Shown piece after piece: positions 26,338 through 35,877 of a stretch of 64,000 bases of DNA. The notes below the pieces were generated by a model, which saw only the letters and a list, made by a program, of their open reading frames with translations, did no database searches and had not been told where the DNA came from. A program made the translations under genes and the position numbers. The number at the start of each line of letters is the position of its first letter. Position 1 is the stretch's first letter. This DNA comes from Gemmatimonadota bacterium (GTDB taxonomy: Bacteria; Gemmatimonadota; Gemmatimonadetes; Palauibacterales; KS3-K002), in NCBI GenBank assembly GCA_039586795.1, contig JBDHJS010000015.1:1-64000 (forward strand), read 5' to 3'.

Positions 26338-28980
26338 ATGGCTAGGTTCCTTAAAGGGCTGCTTGGCAAGGACGAGCTGCGCCAGATGCTCAAGCGCATC
26401 GAGAGCGGCAGGTCCGAACTAGAGGCGTTGGTCGAACATGCGGACAGTTCTGCCCGCGAGCTGAACCGACTATCGGGGCCACTACTCGAGGCTCAGCGGA
26501 CGATGGATTCGATTGAAACGCGGCTCGGTCGACTGGAAGAGGGTATGACGGCCATCGATCGTATCACTACAGAGCTGACGTACGTGAGAGAGAAGGCTGA
26601 TAGCCTTTCGGGCGATCAGTCGCGTATCGAGGAGCGGCTGTCGAGGACTTCGGAGGAGGCGACACAGATCGCGGAACGCATGCGGGAGCTCAACGAGCAA
26701 ACCGATCGTGCCGTCAACCTCAAACAGGAGATCGACGAGTTCGTTTCCGGCGGCGATCCATACAGGGAACTGCGGGCCGAGGTGGAGGACATCCGTCGCC
26801 AGTCTCGAGAGGCCGGTGAAGGCTTCTCCCGCGCTCGCGAGCGGCAGGCCGAGATGACGCGAGCTTACGATCACGCGATGTCGCGCCTTGCCAAGCTCGA
26901 GGAGGAGCAACGCGAGGTGGCGCGGGACGCGGCGGAGAGTCGCTGCGACATCGAATCAGTCCAGGCGGCGCTCGAGGAGCTAGGCGAGATTGCCAAAGGT
27001 GTTTCGGGCACACGACACGAGCTTACGACGCTGAAGTCGCTTGCCAATCAGGTGACTCAAAAGGCGGCGGTTCTCGAGCGACAGCGTGACATGATCGATC
27101 GAGCGAACGATCAAGCAGCGCATTTGTCAGCTGTGATGAGGCAGATCGATGAGGGGCTGGAGAAGCAAGAAGGGCACCGTGCAGCGCTTACAGAAATCGA
27201 GTCTGGTATGTCCCGGCTGAGGGACGTGCACGACAAAGTCCTCAGCAGTAGCGAAGAGATCGAAGCGCGACAGAAGGAGATTCGAGGAATCGAGGAGAAT
27301 ACTCGCGAAGACCTTGGCGAGCTGAGGGACCAGCTGCGGCGGAACGAAGAGCGATTCGAGCTGGAGAACCGCGGTCTGGAGACCGTGAGCCAACGGATCG
27401 CCGACCTGCGGCAGTCTCTGGTCGACTGCGAGGCGCGATTCGACAGGTTGGACGCGAGCGGCGCCGAGGTCGAGGAGCTGTCGCTCAGAACGCAGAGCCT
27501 GTTAACCCAGATTGCGGGTGTCGGAGCGAATTTGGAGCAGTTGTCTGATGAGGGCGGTCAGGTTCGAGCTCTACAGGCCGAACTCGATCGGTTGGGCGAC
27601 GGCGTCGACGGGTTGTCCGAACAGGTCACGCGCCTGGAGGCGGCGCGCCCATCGATTGAGGCGGGTCTGGAGGAGCTAAGCAGCCTCAATCGCAGTCGCG
27701 AGTCCGTTCAGGACAGCATGGAGCAAATGCGTTCCGTTTACAAGGAGATCATGCGGGTTAGGGAAGGGCAGGCGGAAACCGAAGCGTGGTTGAGCAGCAC
27801 CGATGAGAGTCTGTCGGATCTGCGCGAGCAGGTTGATCAGCTGTTCAACATCCAGCCCAACCTCGATGCGCTGGGTCGGAAGGCGGAGCAGGTCGATAGC
27901 GCCATGGCAGAGATCGAGGCGCGTCGCGAGTTCGTGGAGGAGGTGCAGGAACGACTTGGCGCGTTGGGATCTCTGGCGGCTGAGATCGAGGCGCGGAGCA
28001 CTGGGCTGAAGTCCCGCATGGATACCGTTGAATCTCGGTTCGAGTCGCTTAGTGACCAGTCCGAGGAAGCGGAGCGAGTTTCCGATCAAATGAGCTCCGT
28101 GATGACGATGGTCGAAAACGCCGACCGACGCATGACGGAAGTGGCCAAGGTGATCTTCACGCTGGAGAACCGCTCCGAGCATCTGCAGAGCCTTTCGGAG
28201 CGCGTGCGCTTCATCGGTCGCGAGTTGGATCAGCGCCAGGCGGCGCTAGAGAAAGCGATGGAGCACCTGGAGCGGGCAGCGATAATGCGTCAGGAAGCGG
28301 CTGGCGATGTCCAGCGGTTGGAAGAATTGAGCAACGGCCTGAGTGGAGGCATCGCCGTCGTCGAGATGCGAGGCGAACACCTGGATACGTTGGCTCAAGG
28401 CCTGGAGAACCGGGCCAGAGCCCTGGATCAAGCCGAACTTCGCATGGAGAGCTTCGAATCGCGATTTGCCCAGTGGGAGCGTTCGGGAAACGAAGTGTCC
28501 CGGGCACTCAACCAACTCGAAGCGCGTCGCTCCACGATCGATACACTGCAGGCGGATCTCAAGCACATGTTCGAGATGGCGGAGAAGGCGGTGGAAGATG
28601 CTCGGTATGTTTCGGCGGCGCGCCATGAACTGGAAGAGACTCGCAGCCAGCTAGAGGGCGTACTCGAGCGGTTGCGCGAGACGGAGCAGCTTGGAGCGAC
28701 GCTGGAGGAGCGACGACGAAAGATCGAGCGAGCGGAGAGTCGATTGGGCCGAGCCGATGCTTTGCTGATCGAGATCCAGTCGAGTCTCGACACGCTTGAA
28801 GGTCAAAGGTCACTCTACGAGTTCGTCGTCGAGAAAGCAGGAGCCCTTACGTTCCAGGTCAAAAAAGCTGAGGCTCTGGTCGATTCGTTGCGTGAAGAAC
28901 GCGAACTGACGAATCGGGTGATGACGGCGTTCGAGAGACTGCCGGGGTCTGGGGGGCAGGCGGCGGCAGAGGCGAGCTGA
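26338..28980 (+). CDS. Large coiled-coil protein with no ATPase head
   Basis: 880 aa of E/R/L/A-rich heptads, almost no Pro, no Walker A; GAGG before ATG 26338. Confidence 0.85.
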   Translation: MARFLKGLLGKDELRQMLKRIESGRSELEALVEHADSSARELNRLSGPLLEAQRTMDSIETRLGRLEEGMTAIDRITTELTYVREKADSLSGDQSRIEERLSRTSEEATQIAERMRELNEQTDRAVNLKQEIDEFVSGGDPYRELRAEVEDIRRQSREAGEGFSRARERQAEMTRAYDHAMSRLAKLEEEQREVARDAAESRCDIESVQAALEELGEIAKGVSGTRHELTTLKSLANQVTQKAAVLERQRDMIDRANDQAAHLSAVMRQIDEGLEKQEGHRAALTEIESGMSRLRDVHDKVLSSSEEIEARQKEIRGIEENTREDLGELRDQLRRNEERFELENRGLETVSQRIADLRQSLVDCEARFDRLDASGAEVEELSLRTQSLLTQIAGVGANLEQLSDEGGQVRALQAELDRLGDGVDGLSEQVTRLEAARPSIEAGLEELSSLNRSRESVQDSMEQMRSVYKEIMRVREGQAETEAWLSSTDESLSDLREQVDQLFNIQPNLDALGRKAEQVDSAMAEIEARREFVEEVQERLGALGSLAAEIEARSTGLKSRMDTVESRFESLSDQSEEAERVSDQMSSVMTMVENADRRMTEVAKVIFTLENRSEHLQSLSERVRFIGRELDQRQAALEKAMEHLERAAIMRQEAAGDVQRLEELSNGLSGGIAVVEMRGEHLDTLAQGLENRARALDQAELRMESFESRFAQWERSGNEVSRALNQLEARRSTIDTLQADLKHMFEMAEKAVEDARYVSAARHELEETRSQLEGVLERLRETEQLGATLEERRRKIERAESRLGRADALLIEIQSSLDTLEGQRSLYEFVVEKAGALTFQVKKAEALVDSLREERELTNRVMTAFERLPGSGGQAAAEAS

Positions 28981-28986
28981 TACGGC

Positions 28987-29021
28987 GGTAAGTGGTAGTT
29001 GGTAGGGGGTAAATGGAACCT
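28987..29021. repeat. G-rich heptamer array directly after a stop codon
   Basis: ggtaagt-ggtagtt-ggtaggg-ggtaaat-ggaacct. Confidence 0.65.
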
Positions 29022-29122
29022 GAGTATTCCTCCTGGGTCAAAGGAGAAAGTTGGCCTTTGGCTCCGCGCGGCGTAACTTCCTGTGTGTGCTGTGACTGCA
29101 CGGGGTCGCGGATACGGGAGGA

Positions 29123-30166
29123 ATGGGGATCGCAGCTTCGACACGGAACCGCTGGTGGCAGACGGCGCTGATGGGGTTGGCGTTGTCTTACTGCTTCCCA
29201 CCCACCGCTGGTTGGGCGCAGCGGGCGGTTGATCTCCAAATCGGTCAATGGGAAACCTCCGGGCCTAACCTGAGGCTCTATTCGGCCGCATACGGTAGGC
29301 AGTTCTTGGGGCCGTTGGGTTATGGGTTTCGCGGAACTGCGCTCATCGATCCAGACTCCACAGATCGCTCGCTCTACGCTCTTTCTCCCGAGTTGAGATT
29401 GAGGGCATCGGGTCGGGTTGCCCCTTATGCCGTTGGAGGCGTGGGCCTGGCATTGCAGCCGGCGAGCACGGTGGAGTTCGCCGCGCTGTGGTATGCTGGT
29501 GTGGGCCTGGCATGGAACCCGGCCTCGTGGCTTGGAGTAGGCCTCGAGCTGAGTTACCTGGTAGAGGATTCTGGCTTCAGAGGGTTCTGGGACATCGGCG
29601 CGGGCGATCGCGAGGGCTGGGCGGGCAGCGTGCGGTTCGCTTTCAGTTGGGGCGGTGGTTCACGTTCCTCGGGCGGCGGGAGCGTAAATGTGCCGCCGCC
29701 GTCGAGCTCCGGCCCTAGCGAGCCGATGGACTTGCCGGCGGCGCCGGCGGAACCTCTCAGTTCGGAAGGCACGGCGCTGGCCTACGATATCGTCGACACG
29801 GCGATTGGCGTGATGGGCGAGCCGTACCGTTGGGGCGGGACGAGCACCGAGCAAGGCTTCGACTGCTCGGGACTCATCTACTTCGCCTATGGTGAGCACG
29901 ACCTGAGCATTCCCCGGGTCAGCCGCGATCAAGCTCGTGCCGGTCGATCCGTTCCTCGGGATGTGGGTTCTCTGGCTCCGGGTGATATTCTGCTCTTCGC
30001 CAACGGTGGCAGCGGCGTCAACCACGTGGGCTTATACGTGGGGAACCGTCGCTTCATCCACGCGACTACCTCGGGCGGTGTCAAAGTCAGCGAGTTGGAG
30101 ACGAGCGACTCCTACAATCGCTGGTGGTACCAACGCTGGGTCGGCGCTCGCCGAATCCTCGACTAG
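29123..30166 (+). CDS. NlpC/P60 (C40) peptidase with N-terminal outer-membrane beta-barrel-like domain
   Basis: Signal peptide; amphipathic strands (PYAVGGVG, YAGVGLAW, VRFAFSW); G/S/P linker; PYRWGG...GFDCSGL...HVGLYVG...FIHA. Confidence 0.88.
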   Translation: MGIAASTRNRWWQTALMGLALSYCFPPTAGWAQRAVDLQIGQWETSGPNLRLYSAAYGRQFLGPLGYGFRGTALIDPDSTDRSLYALSPELRLRASGRVAPYAVGGVGLALQPASTVEFAALWYAGVGLAWNPASWLGVGLELSYLVEDSGFRGFWDIGAGDREGWAGSVRFAFSWGGGSRSSGGGSVNVPPPSSSGPSEPMDLPAAPAEPLSSEGTALAYDIVDTAIGVMGEPYRWGGTSTEQGFDCSGLIYFAYGEHDLSIPRVSRDQARAGRSVPRDVGSLAPGDILLFANGGSGVNHVGLYVGNRRFIHATTSGGVKVSELETSDSYNRWWYQRWVGARRILD

Positions 30167-30185
30167 CTCTCCTCGAAGTAGCCCC

Positions 30186-31274
30186 CTACGGAGATGCTCT
30201 TCCGCTCGACTGGAGACCCAGCCGGACATCTGGCTGTGGCGGATTGAGGTAGCGGGCCAGAAACTCGTAGATCACCTCCCGTACATTCCAGGCTTCCGGC
30301 GTATCCAGGCGGTCGAAGCTGTGGCCGCCCGGCAAGTCGTAGATCTCGTACTCAAACTCCTTATCGGCTGCCTTGAGCGCCTGGATCAGGTGCTCGACCT
30401 CGATGACGTTGACGTCTTCGTCCGAGACATTGCCGTGGACTCGGAGCGGGCGCGTGAGCTTCTCGACATTCCATACCGGCGAACGGCGCTTGTACTCTTC
30501 CAGGTTTTCGCGGGGCGTGGCGCCGATGTGGTAGTCGACATCGTACAGCGCCTGGTAACGGGGGCCGAGGTAGCCCATACGCTGTACGAGGTCGGAGACC
30601 GGGACGCCGGCGAACCCAGCGACGTACTTGTCCGGGTGGTCGAAGAGGCTGTGTAGGGTGATCAGGCCGCCGTGACTCCAACCGAGAATCCCGACTCTGT
30701 TGGCATCGACGCGGGGGTGGTTCTCGACCACCCAGTCGCGGGCGGCGAGGGCGTCATCGACTTCTCGTCCGCCGTAATCGATGGCCTCGTAGATCCCGCG
30801 TCCATACCCGGTGGAGCCCCGGTATTCGGGCGCGACCACGATGTAGCCCTGAGCGACGAGCTCGCGAACGATGCGACTGTAGTAGGTGGTGAAGTCGGCG
30901 TGCACGCCGCCGTGTGGCAAGACGAGCAACGGCAGGTCGCGACCGCCGAAGTCGGCGTGTGGAGTGAAGACATATGTGTAGAACTTGAACGGGTTGCCCG
31001 GGCCGCTGGGTGGCGGGTTCTGTTCGTTGGCAAGCGCCGGTCCGTAGATGCGGACCTTCTCGACGACGGCCAGGTCGCCGACGCGTTGGAACCACAGCAC
31101 ATCATCGATGAGCTTCTCGAGAACGTCGAGTCGGTGGTCCAGGCCTTCATGCTCGTTGAGCAGCTGCTCGGTCCGTTCCGCGGCCTGCTGAGCGGCGGTC
31201 TGTGCTTGGATCGATGTGATTGGGAAGATCGCTCCGAGAACTGTCAGGGCCGTGATCGCACGTACCAGACGCAT
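30186..31274 (-). CDS. Exported S9 family serine peptidase
   Basis: PHGGVH, PEYRGSTGYG, GWSHGG, GGHSF. Confidence 0.92.
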   Translation of the reverse strand: MRLVRAITALTVLGAIFPITSIQAQTAAQQAAERTEQLLNEHEGLDHRLDVLEKLIDDVLWFQRVGDLAVVEKVRIYGPALANEQNPPPSGPGNPFKFYTYVFTPHADFGGRDLPLLVLPHGGVHADFTTYYSRIVRELVAQGYIVVAPEYRGSTGYGRGIYEAIDYGGREVDDALAARDWVVENHPRVDANRVGILGWSHGGLITLHSLFDHPDKYVAGFAGVPVSDLVQRMGYLGPRYQALYDVDYHIGATPRENLEEYKRRSPVWNVEKLTRPLRVHGNVSDEDVNVIEVEHLIQALKAADKEFEYEIYDLPGGHSFDRLDTPEAWNVREVIYEFLARYLNPPQPDVRLGLQSSGRASP

Positions 31275-31409
31275 CGTTCCCTCCGTTGGTCAGCATGGTG
31301 ACACCAGCAGTTGGAGCTTGTGAAAAGGTCGACTCGTCTGCTTGGAGAAGCAAGGGAGGCGATGAGTCGACCTGCCGGACGCGATCGACTCGTCGCCTAC
31401 TGGGCTGTC

Positions 31410-33836
31410 CTATTCCGGCCGCATCGCCTTCATCGGGTCAACGCGAGTTGCTCTTACGGCCGGTATCAAACTGGCGGCAAAGGCCACGCTTCCAAGTACG
31501 GCGACGGCTGTGGCGAAGGTCACGGGGTCCGTGGCGGACACGCCGTGCAAGAGCCCGGACATGACCCGCGTGAGCGCGATAGCGCCGACCAGACCTAAAC
31601 TCGTCCCTATGATCGCTGTGATCGCTGCATCGCGCAGGACCATCCCCAGTACGTCGTTGCTCTTCGCACCGAGTGCCATGCGCACGCCAAACTCCCGGGT
31701 GCGCTGCGCAACGGCATACGACAGCACGCCGTAGATTCCTATGGCGGCGAGAAGTAGAGCCAACGTTGCGAACCCGGTGAGCGTCCGAGCGGCGAATCGG
31801 CGCTCGGCGATGGAATCCTCAAAGATCCGGCTCATGGTCGTGAACGAGGCGAGGGCCACGTTGGGGTCGAAGTCGGCCACGGCGGCCCTGATTTCGGGCC
31901 CGACGTCACCGCCGCGGGCGGTCCGCACCGCGATCGACATGGCGCGCCAGGTCACCTGTCGGTGGGGGATGTAGACGATGCTGCGGATCTCATCGCCGGC
32001 GCCAAAGTAGCGCACGTTGTCGACCACGCCGACGATCTCGCGGTAGATGTTCTCGTCGCGCCATGACCGAATGCGTTTGCCCAACGCGCTTTCGGTTGAA
32101 CCGAACATCACCCGCGCGAATTCGCGATTGACGATCATCACGGGTAGCGAGCCGTCCGTATCAGCCTCGGTGAACCCGCGCCCAGCGATCAGCGGTAGGC
32201 GCATCGTCTCGAAGTAGCTGGGCTGCACCACATCCCAGTTGGCGCTCACCTCTTCGCCATCTGGCGGTTCGGGCCTCCCCTCCGGAAGGTGGGCCCGGAA
32301 CAGTATGAAGCCGCCACCGCCCAGTGGCAGCGTCGACATCGCTACCGCCGACTCGACGCCGGGGACCGCTTCCAGCCGTCCGCGCAGTTGAGCGTAGGCA
32401 TCGGCTAACGGTTGCCCCCATTCGTAACGGGCGGAGGGCAGGGTCAAACGGAAAGTGACCAGGTCCTCGACGTCGAAGCCGGGATCCACATCGCGCAGAC
32501 TGGCTACGCTGCGCAGCATCAGCCCGGCGCCGGCGAGCAATACGACGGCGAGCGCCAGCTCGCAGGCAACCAGAGCGCCCAGGGTGCGCCGGCCTTGCGG
32601 ACCCGTTGTCGAGCCGAATGCGGCGTCGGCCAGCGTCCGGGAGGGGCCTTGTCGCGTGGCGCGGAACGCGGGGAAGAGGCCGAAGATCAATGCCGACCCG
32701 ATCGAAATGAGAAGCGCGAAGCCGAGGACAGAGGCGTTCATGCTCACATGATCAATACGCGGCACATCGCTGGGCGCTAGCCACGTCACCAGGCGAATTC
32801 CCCAGAGCGCGAGGAGTACGCCGACAGCGCCTCCCGCCAGCGCTAGCGCCAGGCTTTCGGACACTAGTTGCCGGACCAGTCGGAAGCGGCCAGCGCCGAT
32901 TGCTGCACGAACCGCCATCTCACGCTGGCGCTTTGTCGCGCCAGCCAGTTGCAGGTTAGCAAGGTTGACGCAGCCAATGAGCAACACGAAACCGACGGCA
33001 CCGAGCATCACCCAGAGTATCGTTCGCGTGTCATTCCCTACGATGCGATCGGAAAGCGGAACGATATCGGCCGAGGTACCGGCTCGCAGCTGCGGGTAGT
33101 CCGCCTCGATGCGCTGAGCGATGGAGACGAGTTGGGCCCGTGCCTGGTCGAGAGTCTGTCCGGGACGCAACCGGGCGTATGCATTAAACCCAAAACTGTC
33201 GCGGTCACGCCAGCCGACCAGCCGTCGCGGCGTCGGTCGCAACGGTACAAAGAGCGGCGCCGGCAACACATCTAACTCGGGTGACATCACTCCAACCACC
33301 GAAACTGGCTCGCCGTCCAGCCGGATGGTGCGACCTATGACGTCGCGATCTCCGCCAAAGCGACTTTGCCACAACCCGAACGAAAGAACGGCAACTGTTG
33401 GCGCCCCCACCCCGTACTCGGCTGCCTCTGGCACACGGCCCAGGGTAGCCGCGACGCCCAGGGTTTCGAAGAAGTCTGCGCTGTGGTGAAGAGTGCGGAT
33501 ACGCTCCGGTTCACCTGATCCGTCGGCGAGATCCCGGGCGCCGTGCCTGAACACGGTGACGTGCTCGAAGATCTCTGCCTCCCGCCAGTCTTCGTAGTCG
33601 GCGTAATTGACCGACCCCGAAGTCACGCCGCGCTCCGGCCAGGTGGCCAGAATCACCGCTAGCCGCTCCGAGCCGGGAAATGGCCAGGGTCGTAACAGAG
33701 TCCCCTCGACGACGCTGAAGACGGTGGTGGTCGCCGCAACGCCGACTCCGATAGTCAGCACGGCGACCGCTGTGAATCCGATGCGTTTATGGAATAGGCG
33801 CAAGCCGTGCCGCAGGTCGTGGAGTAGACCGGTCAT
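31410..33836 (-). CDS. ADOP-family duplicated ABC (MacB-like) permease
   Basis: HDLRHGLR, VLLIGCVNLANL, REMAVRAAIGA, GIYGVLSYAVAQRTREFGVRMALGA, RATRVDPM. Confidence 0.95.
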   Translation of the reverse strand: MTGLLHDLRHGLRLFHKRIGFTAVAVLTIGVGVAATTTVFSVVEGTLLRPWPFPGSERLAVILATWPERGVTSGSVNYADYEDWREAEIFEHVTVFRHGARDLADGSGEPERIRTLHHSADFFETLGVAATLGRVPEAAEYGVGAPTVAVLSFGLWQSRFGGDRDVIGRTIRLDGEPVSVVGVMSPELDVLPAPLFVPLRPTPRRLVGWRDRDSFGFNAYARLRPGQTLDQARAQLVSIAQRIEADYPQLRAGTSADIVPLSDRIVGNDTRTILWVMLGAVGFVLLIGCVNLANLQLAGATKRQREMAVRAAIGAGRFRLVRQLVSESLALALAGGAVGVLLALWGIRLVTWLAPSDVPRIDHVSMNASVLGFALLISIGSALIFGLFPAFRATRQGPSRTLADAAFGSTTGPQGRRTLGALVACELALAVVLLAGAGLMLRSVASLRDVDPGFDVEDLVTFRLTLPSARYEWGQPLADAYAQLRGRLEAVPGVESAVAMSTLPLGGGGFILFRAHLPEGRPEPPDGEEVSANWDVVQPSYFETMRLPLIAGRGFTEADTDGSLPVMIVNREFARVMFGSTESALGKRIRSWRDENIYREIVGVVDNVRYFGAGDEIRSIVYIPHRQVTWRAMSIAVRTARGGDVGPEIRAAVADFDPNVALASFTTMSRIFEDSIAERRFAARTLTGFATLALLLAAIGIYGVLSYAVAQRTREFGVRMALGAKSNDVLGMVLRDAAITAIIGTSLGLVGAIALTRVMSGLLHGVSATDPVTFATAVAVLGSVAFAASLIPAVRATRVDPMKAMRPE

Positions 33837-33948
33837 GGAGGCTCTCCTTGGTCGGGCTGGCCGGGGCGCACGAGTCCCTAGGCTCCATGACGTTGGATAG
33901 TTTAGGCGAGCACTTGGTTGCGTTGTCGCCCGGGGGGGCGACGAGCTT

Positions 33949-35553
33949 CTACTCGGTGCTGGCTTTGTCCCGCGCTTCTCTCACACCGGGCAGCGACGCG
34001 TCGGCGTTGGCCCAGATCCTGGCCAGCGTCTGGTAGATCTCGGCGGCGAGTTGCGCTTCGCCCGCTGCCTCGGCGGCGCGGGCCAGGCCGAGCAGAGATT
34101 CCGCTCGCAGCGGTGCCCGGGAAAGGGCGCCGTCGAAAGCGGCGCGGGCTTCGACGAACTTGGAGCTTGCCAGTAGCATCTCGCCGAGCAATTCGTGTGA
34201 CGGCTTTACGATGCGCGGTGGCCCGTACTCGTACGGAATCTCCTCCTCGATCTTCGTTGCCGTGCGCAGGAGATCGAGGGCTCCTGTCTCATTTCCCGCA
34301 TCATCGAGCAGTAGAGCTTCCAGTTCGAGCGTCATGACGCGTGCCGCCTGAACGTTGGGTCCATAGGTCGACGGATCAACTTCGCCGGTTGGCTGCAGGC
34401 GCTGTTTCATACTGGCAAGCGCTTCTTCAGCGGCGGCGCGATCGCCGAGGGCCAGCGCCGCCGCACCGTTGGCGAAATGGTGCCGGGCCACGATGCCGGT
34501 ACTCAGTCCGTCCACAGCGACCTCGATGCGGAGGGCGTCGTCTTGCCACCGGCGCGTGTTGACCAGGTAGTCGGCGCGCATCATCGCCAGGTGTGTTCGC
34601 GCCCGACGGGACCCGCTCGCCTCTTCGTTCTCCATCATCTGTACGAGTAGTACGCGGGCATCGTCGTAGCGGCCCTGCTGGATGTATCCATAGGCCAGCC
34701 AGTGAAGCGCATGGTAGTTTCGCTGATCGACAGGAAGGTCTTTCCGCTGAACTCTTTCGTCTGCCACCTCAACGGCGCGGAGATTCGCCAGAACCACGTC
34801 GTTCCAGTATCCGAGGGCGACGAAGATGTGCGAGATCATGTGCTGCGCGTGACTGGCCGCCGGGGCGATGTCGGCGTAGGCACGAGCGGCCCGTAGTCCC
34901 AATGGCGCGTGCACGGGATCGTCGTATGAATGGATCAGATAATGAACGGCCCCCGGGTGACGCGGGTTATCGCGAAACACTTCTTCGGCCTGAGCGGCGG
35001 CGCGCATGTAGGTTTGGTGGTCGCGGCCGTCGTGAGCGGTACCAAGGATGGCCAGCGCGTAGAACGCCTGGGCCTCGTCATCATCGGGGTAGTTCTGGTG
35101 CAGGCGTCGCATGGCCTCGGCGTACGCGCGGTCGCGCTCCAGCTTCGGCCCATCGCCGTAGAGTATCTCGAGCGCCAGCAGGTAGGCTTTCTCGCGTTCG
35201 GTGGGCGCTTTGGCGAGCCGCGCCTGCGTTGTCGGGCCTAAGCGTTCCAAGACCTCCCATGCGGACTCGCGGTCCTGTTCGCTCCACAGCGAGTGGTTGT
35301 ACGTCATCGCTTCGCCCCAGTACGCCATCGCGAAGTCGGGATCTAGATGCTGGGCCTCGCGAAAGGCTTCGGCGGCATCGACGTACTCGAAGCTGTGTAG
35401 CAAGAGCGCGCCGCGGATGAAGTGAGCTTGCGCGTCAGGCGCGCCGGACGTGGGAAAGTCTATGTTACCGAGGCTTCCGGACTGGGCTGGAGCGCTTGGA
35501 GCCGCGATTAGATACAGCACGGCCGTCAAGGTGATGGCGATTGGCTTGCGCAT
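33949..35553 (-). CDS. Exported TPR-containing protein
   Basis: Signal peptide, LLHSFEY..A..AFREAQ..DPDFAMAYWG, HPGAVHYLIHSYD, HAQHMISHIF. Confidence 0.85.
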   Translation of the reverse strand: MRKPIAITLTAVLYLIAAPSAPAQSGSLGNIDFPTSGAPDAQAHFIRGALLLHSFEYVDAAEAFREAQHLDPDFAMAYWGEAMTYNHSLWSEQDRESAWEVLERLGPTTQARLAKAPTEREKAYLLALEILYGDGPKLERDRAYAEAMRRLHQNYPDDDEAQAFYALAILGTAHDGRDHQTYMRAAAQAEEVFRDNPRHPGAVHYLIHSYDDPVHAPLGLRAARAYADIAPAASHAQHMISHIFVALGYWNDVVLANLRAVEVADERVQRKDLPVDQRNYHALHWLAYGYIQQGRYDDARVLLVQMMENEEASGSRRARTHLAMMRADYLVNTRRWQDDALRIEVAVDGLSTGIVARHHFANGAAALALGDRAAAEEALASMKQRLQPTGEVDPSTYGPNVQAARVMTLELEALLLDDAGNETGALDLLRTATKIEEEIPYEYGPPRIVKPSHELLGEMLLASSKFVEARAAFDGALSRAPLRAESLLGLARAAEAAGEAQLAAEIYQTLARIWANADASLPGVREARDKASTE

Positions 35554-35877
35554 CCTATCCACCTGGCGTCTGTGATTCATGTGATGGGCCATGCCGCGGG
35601 GATCGAGCGTCAACTCGATACAACTAGCGGTGGCCGGGGCTCGGTAGGCGCACGAGGAAGTCCGCCGTACGGGAACAAGATGGTTCGCTGTAGGGTCAAG
35701 TTCAACCGCTGTGTTGAAAAGAGCTCAGCGCGGTCGATGTCTACCGAAACAGCTCCTCACCAATGCCCGTAGTAACGGGTGGCAGGACTCCTCGTGCCAA
35801 GCCCGCGCCAACCCAATGGCCGGCTCTTGTGTCCAACAAGGTGGCACCGGTGTAAGAACGCGACAGGAGTCATTCGC

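Noticed and set aside
26338..28980. SMC/SbcC chromosome segregation ATPase
   Set aside because: No Walker A/B, signature motif or hinge; the resemblance is only coiled-coil composition.
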